Shown here one piece after another: positions 28,284 to 35,574 of a stretch of DNA of 42,667 bases (position 1 is its first letter; each line of letters begins with the position of its first letter). The stretch is from a virus. Lineage: Duplodnaviria; Caudoviricetes. Position numbers and translations under genes: made by a program. The stretch lies in the IMG/VR virus record IMGVR_UViG_3300033076_000982, positions 1 to 42,667 of that record; one strand, given 5' to 3'. The notes under the pieces were generated by a model. That model was not told the DNA's origin, ran no database searches, and saw only the letters and a list, made by a program, of their open reading frames with translations.

Positions 28284-28545
28284 TTACTTTACCTGCTGAG
28301 ATTGGTGAGATTTGATATGGGAAATCAAATGTAATTACGTGATAGTTGTTTGTTACTTTATTGTGTTTGAGAAGATGTAAATCTCGATAAAATTCGCAGA
28401 CTCTCTCAGCATTATGTAATCTTGTAAATGTTGTTTGACACCTGTTTTGTGGATTGACTTGAAGTTCCACAAGATTAGTGAGAGGGCATACATAAATTAC
28501 TGCATAATGCTTAACCTCTTTTGTTTCTATTAGTCCAAGACTCAT
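28267..28545 (-). CDS. Hypothetical protein
   Basis: ATGA overlap; GGAG RBS. Confidence 0.6.
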   Translation of the reverse strand: MSLGLIETKEVKHYAVIYVCPLTNLVELQVNPQNRCQTTFTRLHNAERVCEFYRDLHLLKHNKVTNNYHVITFDFPYQISPISAGKVNESSK

Positions 28546-28946
28546 ACATAAGGCTCCACAAGAATGTAAGAAGGAAGATCAAACTCAGGCTGCGCAGATC
28601 GCATGCTTAGTTTCACTTTAGTTCCAGCAAATGTAACGCGAAGTGAATTGCGGAAAATTACAATGTATTCTACTTCTTTGTTTTGTTTCACATCAAACAA
28701 GCGAATCGTGCCATCGGTTAGTTTACCGCGGAAATAATCGCATGTCCAGTGCAGAATGTAATAGTTAGCAAGGCAATCAGTGAATTGCGCTGGAAAATTA
28801 AAGTTATTGAGCATCATATGATGCACAAGATTACGAGATACACCATATTTACGGAAAGCTTCAATGCTTGCGAATGATGTAGCTGGAAGTGCAGCATTAG
28901 GATTGGAAGAATTGCGCGTAGCGGGAATGATGGAATTCATTGACAT
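28542..28946 (-). CDS. Hypothetical protein
   Basis: Start moved to ATG 28946, just after the upstream stop. Confidence 0.6.
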   Translation of the reverse strand: MSMNSIIPATRNSSNPNAALPATSFASIEAFRKYGVSRNLVHHMMLNNFNFPAQFTDCLANYYILHWTCDYFRGKLTDGTIRLFDVKQNKEVEYIVIFRNSLRVTFAGTKVKLSMRSAQPEFDLPSYILVEPYV

Positions 28947-28950
28947 TTTC

Positions 28951-29973
28951 TCAGTTAGATGCAGGAGTTTTGGATTCGATAGATTCAAGATAGCGAACAC
29001 GCTGTTTATAAGCAAGCTTAGCGCGTAAAAATGCTATGTCAGAATCATAGTTTGCACGCAATGGATATTCGCGCGGCGCAGCATCAATCATTGCTAACAT
29101 ATTTGCATCTTCTACGGATTGTTCCGGAGTAAGAATACGGAATGGAGTTCCAACAATGTCAATGTTGCCAAGTCCAAGATAATTCTTTTTCTTATATAGT
29201 CCTGTTTTTAGTAGCGCTGTGAGAGTGTGAGAATAGATTGTGCCAGGATCAATGTTAGCTTCACAGTGTTCCATTAGCTCATCAAAATCTGCTTTAGGAA
29301 TTAGATAAATACGATCTTCCTTGCAGCACATTGTGATAATTTGTTGCCAGTATTCGCTGAGTGTTGTTTGTGTTCCTGTGAATTGATTAGTTACAAGATA
29401 TTCAGGGAATTGTCCGGCTTCAGATGCCCATTTAGCAACAATGCGTGCATATTGATCTACTGATTTAGTGGAGTTTTTAATAAGATCATGCAAGACTTTT
29501 TCGCGCTGAAGCACTTTAGTTCTAAGTGTTTCATTGCGATAGCCTGTGCAATAGTCTTGATAATTTTTGTTCCAAATATCAATCCAGAGTGAAGCACAGG
29601 AAAGATTTTTAGATTCCGCAGTCACATGAATACTTGCAAATATTTGTGAGTGTAAATTGTGATTGGTGGCATCAATACGATTTACTGTATCTACGAGGCG
29701 AGGAAGATGATTAGATACAATAGATTTAGTGAGTGCAGATCGCTCGAATGGAACACTGAAAGTAACTAGATCAGTTACATGGAAAAAAGCGCAGAATAAT
29801 AGATATGAATCTGTATCTGTAAGTTCGCCTTGAGTCCATTTGCCATATAATCCGTAAAGTTTTTTAGGTGGCAGATAGAATACAGGATGTTTAGCTTCAC
29901 GAGAATGAAGTGACATTGGCATATGTTCGCAAGTATATTCTATGCCAGATATTGCGCAGAGTATTTTAGCCAT
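28951..29973 (-). CDS. Hypothetical protein (340 aa) with N-terminal Cys/His cluster
   Basis: Long ORF upstream of the helicase; 'CAISG...CEH...H...HP'. Confidence 0.75.
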   Translation of the reverse strand: MAKILCAISGIEYTCEHMPMSLHSREAKHPVFYLPPKKLYGLYGKWTQGELTDTDSYLLFCAFFHVTDLVTFSVPFERSALTKSIVSNHLPRLVDTVNRIDATNHNLHSQIFASIHVTAESKNLSCASLWIDIWNKNYQDYCTGYRNETLRTKVLQREKVLHDLIKNSTKSVDQYARIVAKWASEAGQFPEYLVTNQFTGTQTTLSEYWQQIITMCCKEDRIYLIPKADFDELMEHCEANIDPGTIYSHTLTALLKTGLYKKKNYLGLGNIDIVGTPFRILTPEQSVEDANMLAMIDAAPREYPLRANYDSDIAFLRAKLAYKQRVRYLESIESKTPASN

Positions 29974-30019
29974 TGGGATATGATAGATTCCTTGATTCTG
30001 AAAGATTCGATGATACAGA

Positions 30020-30376
30020 TTATTTCAATATAATTGGTTTTAGTTTCAGCCACTCTCCTGATTTAATTTTCAATTCCAGTGCAGCGCGTTTACGAGTGTT
30101 ATTATTCGCCCAAGCATTTAGCATATGTTGACGCATAATGTTTAGGTTAATTGTTTTACCGATGAGATCTTGTCCATTTTTGTGAATAAAATAAGATAAC
30201 CAAGAACTGAATCCATCTAATGCCCAAGCTGAATAAAATAATTGATATTCATTTCTTGCTTTATTATTTTGTTTGCATAGAATATTACAACTGAAGTGCA
30301 TATAATTTGGCAATTCTTGAATCTCTTTAATAGCAATTTTGGCTATCTCTTGCTTTTCTTTAGTGGTGAGTTTCAT
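30020..30376 (-). CDS. Hypothetical basic protein
   Basis: AAGGA RBS; 118 aa. Confidence 0.65.
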   Translation of the reverse strand: MKLTTKEKQEIAKIAIKEIQELPNYMHFSCNILCKQNNKARNEYQLFYSAWALDGFSSWLSYFIHKNGQDLIGKTINLNIMRQHMLNAWANNNTRKRAALELKIKSGEWLKLKPIILK

Positions 30377-30413
30377 GTGATAGATTCCTTATGTGAGCGA
30401 TACAGATTTAGTA

Positions 30414-30947
30414 TCAATAATAAAAAGATGCTGCGCTTAAATCAATTTTAGTCGCTGCAATCCAATCTGGAGCACCTCGCATTGTCCAGCGTGCTAATGC
30501 TATTTTCTCCCCAATATAATAATCTCTATATGCCTGCATCACATTAGGATGCTTATATTTATCTGGCATACATTGTGGTCGATCTGTAATTCCAGTTAGT
30601 GAAAATGCGGCATTTAATGGGTTTGCAATTATGCGATCATATGCGCGATCAATTCCGCTGATTAGATATTTAGAATCGTGTTCACGCATATAACGATACT
30701 CATATTCTCTGTGTAACTCATCAAGATATGATTGTGTCCATTGATAATTTGCTGCACTTTTACGAACCCATACAGAACATGGATGGTTTGTGTGAGATTT
30801 AGCATATCCGGCTGGAATCTTAGCTCCAAGTAATTCTGCGGCAGTGCAGAGTAATTGTGTAGTTTCAAGAATCATCTTTACACAATGCTTATCATGTAAA
30901 GATTGTGCACAGATTGTGGGATTTGGATGAAGATAAAAGATATTCAT
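30414..30947 (-). CDS. Pyrimidine-dimer DNA glycosylase family protein (DenV / Pyr_excise-like)
   Basis: Motifs 'MNIFYL', 'DKHCVKMILE..QLL', 'H.NHPC..W', 'EY.YRY...H', 'PQCMPD.YK' and 'AYRDYY'. True start is ATG 30947. Confidence 0.82.
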   Translation of the reverse strand: MNIFYLHPNPTICAQSLHDKHCVKMILETTQLLCTAAELLGAKIPAGYAKSHTNHPCSVWVRKSAANYQWTQSYLDELHREYEYRYMREHDSKYLISGIDRAYDRIIANPLNAAFSLTGITDRPQCMPDKYKHPNVMQAYRDYYIGEKIALARWTMRGAPDWIAATKIDLSAASFYY

Positions 30948-30987
30948 GGTATTAGATTCACCTGTGTTAGACTCATGGAATGAAAAC

Positions 30988-31028
30988 AGCAATGCAGCCA
31001 GAACATTATCTATTCTGGCTGCATTGTT
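30988..31028. terminator. Strong intergenic hairpin (terminator or processing site)
   Basis: Perfect 14-bp stem CAATGCAGCCAGAA (30990-31003) / TTCTGGCTGCATTG (31013-26), T-rich on both outer sides. Confidence 0.65.
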
Positions 31029-31035
31029 TGTTATG

Positions 31036-31332
31036 TTACGGAATCGGACGACATTCGTGAGGAAAATCAATCAATGCCGGCTCTGCAATTGCAAATAGCT
31101 TTGTATTCAATTCGCTATCTTCTAGCTCACCTACAAATAGTGCAATAATTGCAGATGCTTGTATTGCTGTGACTCGCGTGATTTTTACAGTGCTGGTAAA
31201 TGTATCTTTTACATTTAATTCCCATACATTTTCTTCCAATCGTGTGAGTGATGCGATCATATTCGCAGCAGCGAATTGAATAACTGCCTGAGTTTCAGTT
31301 TCACATGAGGCTACTTTGTTTAAGTCTTGCAT
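31036..31332 (-). CDS. Hypothetical early protein
   Basis: 98-aa ORF downstream of a promoter and hairpin. Confidence 0.6.
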   Translation of the reverse strand: MQDLNKVASCETETQAVIQFAAANMIASLTRLEENVWELNVKDTFTSTVKITRVTAIQASAIIALFVGELEDSELNTKLFAIAEPALIDFPHECRPIP

Positions 31333-31350
31333 TTTGTTTCTCGTTGTCGG

Positions 31351-31415
31351 CAGGATTGCCGCATATAGATTGTATGCTTATGTGATGCGCAATCAATCTA
31401 TAAACTCCAGTCCTG
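31351..31415 (-). promoter_or_regulatory. Long interrupted stem-loop (RNase III-type processing site candidate)
   Basis: CAGGATTG/CAGTCCTG outer stem and TATAGATTG (31364-72) / CAATCTATA (31394-402) inner stem, separated by a 5x5 internal loop. Confidence 0.5.
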
Positions 31416-31435
31416 ATTTTTAGGTGAAGCCCAAG

Positions 31436-31462
31436 AGTATCATACACTCAATAGCTTGTCAA
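31436..31462 (-). promoter_or_regulatory. Possible sigma70 early promoter
   Basis: - strand TTGACA-15 nt-GATACT; the spacer is shorter than optimal. Confidence 0.4.
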
Positions 31463-31491
31463 TAGGGTGTGGATAGATGTGAAAATTAATA

Positions 31492-31671
31492 TTACAGCAT
31501 TTGATCGTGCATCATACCATTAACACACAGATATTGTCTGCAAATATATTTAATACCTTCATGTGTCTCACGCGCAATGAATTGATAGCTTAATTCTGAA
31601 TCTTCCGATTCAGCCAGCCAAACAGACCATTGATACCAGTAGTCAAAAATATCTATGCAAATAAGATTCAT
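31492..31671 (-). CDS. 59-aa hypothetical protein (not in the ORF track)
   Basis: GGAG RBS; MNLICIDIFDYWYQWSVWLAESEDSELSYQ...HDQML. Confidence 0.5.
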   Translation of the reverse strand: MNLICIDIFDYWYQWSVWLAESEDSELSYQFIARETHEGIKYICRQYLCVNGMMHDQML

Positions 31672-31704
31672 CTGTGATTCTCCATTGTTAAAAACAATTA
31701 CAAC

Positions 31705-32073
31705 AATTTACCCCGGATACATCAATAACTCAATGCCTCAATAACTCAATGCCTCACATTACTCAAATTATCAATGCATCAATGGCCTGACTCCTTACCC
31801 TTATGCACGACCGCAGGGAAGTGTATCTGTTAGAGTGTTATTGTATCTTATATCTATGGGTATATATTGATCCTTTTAAAAAATAAATAATAAATAATAC
31901 CCTACCATATAAGTCCTATACACTACATACCAGATACATACCAGATACATACATCAGGAGTTATAGCACCATTGAGGTGAGGTGAGGTGTGCCAGATGCC
32001 CCAATGATGTATTGATAATTTGATGTATGTGAGTGATTGTATGACTGAGGCATTGATGTATGTGGGGCAAATT
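31705..32073. repeat. ~370-bp imperfect inverted repeat with embedded tandem repeats
   Basis: 31705-26 pairs with 32052-73 (19/22); 31763-85 pairs with 32001-23 (21/23); further inner pairings surround TTTTAAAA at 31874-81; 16-, 11- and 5-bp tandem repeats lie inside. Confidence 0.85.
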
Positions 32074-32150
32074 ATTCCTAATAGCAGATTCTATGCAAAT
32101 GCACACCTAATCCAAAGACTAAGTGTGCAGTAACCTAGATTCTAGGGGTG

Positions 32151-32182
32151 TGCATCATTGCATCATTGCATCATTGCATCAC
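32151..32182. repeat. 8-bp tandem repeat (TGCATCAT)x3 + TGCATCAC
   Basis: Read directly; overlaps the stop codon of 32179..32838. Confidence 0.9.
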
Positions 32183-32838
32183 AATGCGAGCAGCATATCA
32201 TCTGCGGCTGTTTTCATTTTAGCAAGCCTCACCTTGAATCTTGCACCAATGGTTCCCACGTCTTGATCTGGGATCAATTCCAATACATCCAGCAATTTAG
32301 TGGCAACGTCTGGAGCGAAACTAGTCTTACCGCCAGCCATTGATGCAAACTTATCACAATACACATTGACAGCTTGCCCTACTTTTTTAAGCTGTGATTC
32401 ATCTGGAGAATCTCCGAATCCAAGTTTGTCAATAAATGCCACTGCCAAGGTATCAGCAATGGATTCTGCGAACCATGCCTTTACCTTCTCACTTGTGAGC
32501 CTATCGCCTTGAGATTCAGAATCCAGCCAGTCAATGCAAGCATCGATGCTTAATTGTTCCGTAGTCACTGCCATTGCCTTAGATTCCCACACATCGCGCG
32601 CAATGCCATCTTGTGCGGCTTCAAGCATTGCTTCAATATGCGGCACAAGCCGTGCAAGCTGTGCATCATTCAATGCAGCATCCAGCTTAGGAACGCTGAC
32701 ACACATACTCTGCTTTTTAGGCGCATCGCCCTTGCTAGGCGTCTTATACAGAATCTTAATAAGCCGCTGACCAGCGAGTGCAGCGCTGGTTTTGGAATCA
32801 AAAGGCAAAAAGGTGTGGTTGTTGGTAAGATCGCTCAT
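32179..32838 (-). CDS. Hypothetical protein, first gene of the early arm
   Basis: GGAG RBS; 219 aa; remote similarity to 25506..26210. Confidence 0.8.
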   Translation of the reverse strand: MSDLTNNHTFLPFDSKTSAALAGQRLIKILYKTPSKGDAPKKQSMCVSVPKLDAALNDAQLARLVPHIEAMLEAAQDGIARDVWESKAMAVTTEQLSIDACIDWLDSESQGDRLTSEKVKAWFAESIADTLAVAFIDKLGFGDSPDESQLKKVGQAVNVYCDKFASMAGGKTSFAPDVATKLLDVLELIPDQDVGTIGARFKVRLAKMKTAADDMLLAL

Positions 32839-33102
32839 GAGGTGTCACTCCATTAGGTTAGGTTCGTGAATCAATTACAGCTTAGGGAAAACAGCTTAAT
32901 ACATCCAGACTCGTCCCGCACAGATATTTTAGTCGATTGTCTATGCCGTTGTATCGAAAAATAACGCATGATCTTTCACTAGTAACTACTACTCTGCACT
33001 AGTAATCGCCTCAGTGCCACCTAACCATACTATCAGGTATCTATCTCTCATCCAATGAATCCGATTCATGAATCATATTCACCTCAGCCTCACAATCTAA
33101 AT

Positions 33103-33121
33103 GCAAATGATTCTAATTCTC
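33103..33121. promoter_or_regulatory. Fur-box-like site in the divergent control region
   Basis: - strand GAGAATTAGAATCATTTGC matches GATAATGATAATCATTATC at 14/19. Confidence 0.35.
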
Positions 33122-33281
33122 ATTCAATGCGAGGGGGCAGGAGCCTTTTTTGATTATGCGTCGCTATATCTCCTATGACCACACAAAAATTTTCCTAAAC
33201 TTTTTTCACTTTCCCTTACATTCCATTCCTAATATTTACCCCAGATATGTCTGAGCGTGCAATATTCTATATTATATCTCT

Positions 33282-33842
33282 ATGAACACTGCCGCCACCA
33301 CCATGAATCTGCCAGCCTCGAATGCGAGCTTCTCGCCGCAAGAACAACGTGCACTGGAACTCCTGGGTATTGATACGCCAGCAGTAGCTGTTGCAGCAGC
33401 TTTAGGAGTTTCTGAATCACGAATCTCACAGATGCTTTCATCAGATGTATTTAGCGCAGAAGTTGCGCGCCTGAGATATGAGCGCCTGAAACGTCATTCT
33501 GTGACTGATGATGCATACGATAAAATTGAAAATAAATTATTGCAAAAATTAGAAGCTGATCTATGTCTAATTATGCAGCCAATGCAAGTATTGAAAGCAC
33601 TGCAAATTATAAATGCAGCTAAACGTCGTGGCGCATCTTCTAGTCCTGCAGTTCTTCAGTCTCAAAATATTGTTAATATCACACTTCCATCTACGCTTGC
33701 AAAGCAATATATTCAAGTCAATATTAACAATCAAGTTGTAAAAGCTGGCGAACAAAGTCTAGTAACAATCGGCTCACAGAATCTGTTAAAACAATTAGAA
33801 GGATCTAAGAGTAATGAACATGCAATTGAGCGAGGCAATTAA
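33282..33842 (+). CDS. Terminase small subunit (N-terminal HTH)
   Basis: HTH 'AVAAALGVSESRISQML' followed by a helical region; first gene of the late arm, upstream of TerL. Confidence 0.7.
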   Translation: MNTAATTMNLPASNASFSPQEQRALELLGIDTPAVAVAAALGVSESRISQMLSSDVFSAEVARLRYERLKRHSVTDDAYDKIENKLLQKLEADLCLIMQPMQVLKALQIINAAKRRGASSSPAVLQSQNIVNITLPSTLAKQYIQVNINNQVVKAGEQSLVTIGSQNLLKQLEGSKSNEHAIERGN

Positions 33843-33981
33843 GGCAGATTTGCAAGCCCAAAAGAACTATCTGCTGGCCCAAAATAAAGCAGCTGCTGCA
33901 TCTTTGCTGCAAGCAATGCGTGCTCGTTTGGATACGCAAGTATCGCGAGTATCTACTGGCTCTAGAATTCAGGTAAAGTAA
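33814..33981 (+). CDS. 55-aa hypothetical protein between the terminase subunits (not in the ORF track)
   Basis: MNMQLSEAIKADLQAQKNYLLAQNKAAAASLLQAMRARL...; fills the gap. Confidence 0.55.
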   Translation: MNMQLSEAIKADLQAQKNYLLAQNKAAAASLLQAMRARLDTQVSRVSTGSRIQVK

Positions 33982-33989
33982 GAAGATTT

Positions 33990-35558
33990 ATGCGCTCTGC
34001 TCAATCAATAGAAGAATCTCTTGGAATGGAACCGCCACAGGTTCAGCAGTTCCGTGCTGATTCTACACCTATTACTGCAGAAAAAGATTCTCCTTCTCAG
34101 TTTGCAATTTCATCTGAAGAGATTCAATTAGCAGCCCGCAATGAATTAGATTTTCTTGCGGGTCTTGCTATGCCTGAAGTATTTCAATACTGTTTTCCTC
34201 CTGTATTTCAATCTGTATGGCGTTGGTTGCTTTCTTATATTCACCTGACCAGAGATTTTTCTCAGTTAGCACTTGGTTTGCCTCGTGGATTTGGCAAAAC
34301 AATGCTGATGAAAATATTCATTCTATACGTAATTCTGTTCACTTCTCGCAAATTTATCCTTATTTTGTGTGAGAATCAGACTAAAGCTAATAATATCATT
34401 GCCGATATTGTCAGTATGCTCAATGAACCAAACATTAAAGCAGCTTTTGGTGATTGGAGCGTAGGCGCCAGCATTGATAGGCAAGACCTCAAAGTATTTG
34501 GATTCAGAGGTCGTAATATTATTCTCATGGGCGCAGGTGCTGGATCTGGTATTCGCGGCATCACCTTGAATAATGAACGTCCAGATGTAATGGTATTCGA
34601 TGACATTCAATCTAAAGCGGATGCAGAATCTCAAACTGTGTCTGAGCAATTAGAAACGTGGATGTTCGGCACTGCAATGAAAGCCAAGTCTCCGCATGGT
34701 TGCTTGTTTATCTTCATTGCTAATATGTATCCTACGAAGCATTCAATTCTTCGGAAACTTAAATCGAATCCAAACTGGGTTAAATTCATTGCAGGCGGTA
34801 TCCTAGAGAATGGTGAATCTCTTTGGGAAGAGCTGCAGCCAATTAAACAATTGCTCAATGAATTCCAAAATGATCTACTTGCAGGACATCCAGAGATTTT
34901 TTATTCTGAAGTATTAAATGATGAAAATGCATCTGCAAATAATTTAATTGATATCTCAAAAATTCCTGCTTATCCATTCCAAAAAGACGATATTCCTGCA
35001 GGTAATTTTATCATTATTGATCCGTCTAATGATAAAGCCAACTCAGATGCAGTAAGTATTGGATACTTTGAAGTTCATGACCTAAAGCCATGCTTGCTAA
35101 AGCTAAAAGAAGGTAGATTTTCCCCAGGCGAAACTATCCGTGAAGCGCTTAAGATAGCGCTGGAGAAACGATGCTCACTGATAGCCGTAGAATCTAATGC
35201 ATTCCAATACTCACTTTTGTATTGGTTCCAGTTCATTTGTCAGCAGCAAGGCATTCAAGGAATTCAAGCTGTAGAGGTGTATTCTGGTTCGTATTCTAAA
35301 GTTACTCGTATTATTAACATGTTTAAATCTCTGACAAAAGGCGAGATTCTTTATAATACAGAAGTAGCTCCTGCAGTAAATCTTCAGATCACTCAGTTTA
35401 ATCCGCTTAAAAAAGATAATGTCGATGGAGTCTTGGATCTTCTTGCATATGCTCCTAAAGTATTGGAAATGTATGGAGATTATATCGGATCTTCTAGCAT
35501 TATCGAATCGCAAGAATGGCAAGGCGCAAAAGTAATTGAACACAATTCTGCATTCTAA
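33990..35558 (+). CDS. terL: Terminase large subunit
   Basis: Walker A 'LPRGFGKT', 'IRG...RPD', Walker B 'MVFDDIQ', nuclease 'IIDPS', 'VESNAFQ' and 'DGVLD'. Confidence 0.95.
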   Translation: MRSAQSIEESLGMEPPQVQQFRADSTPITAEKDSPSQFAISSEEIQLAARNELDFLAGLAMPEVFQYCFPPVFQSVWRWLLSYIHLTRDFSQLALGLPRGFGKTMLMKIFILYVILFTSRKFILILCENQTKANNIIADIVSMLNEPNIKAAFGDWSVGASIDRQDLKVFGFRGRNIILMGAGAGSGIRGITLNNERPDVMVFDDIQSKADAESQTVSEQLETWMFGTAMKAKSPHGCLFIFIANMYPTKHSILRKLKSNPNWVKFIAGGILENGESLWEELQPIKQLLNEFQNDLLAGHPEIFYSEVLNDENASANNLIDISKIPAYPFQKDDIPAGNFIIIDPSNDKANSDAVSIGYFEVHDLKPCLLKLKEGRFSPGETIREALKIALEKRCSLIAVESNAFQYSLLYWFQFICQQQGIQGIQAVEVYSGSYSKVTRIINMFKSLTKGEILYNTEVAPAVNLQITQFNPLKKDNVDGVLDLLAYAPKVLEMYGDYIGSSSIIESQEWQGAKVIEHNSAF

Positions 35559-35574
35559 CTTGGAATTATAACTC

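Noticed and set aside
30948-31070. N-terminal extension of the glycosylase given in the ORF track
   Set aside because: It crosses a 14-bp hairpin and overlaps the upstream gene; the family motif begins at MNIF (30947).
31700-32185. Possible CRISPR or mini-array in the repeat-rich region
   Set aside because: Repeats are 5-16 bp, directly tandem and have no unique spacers.
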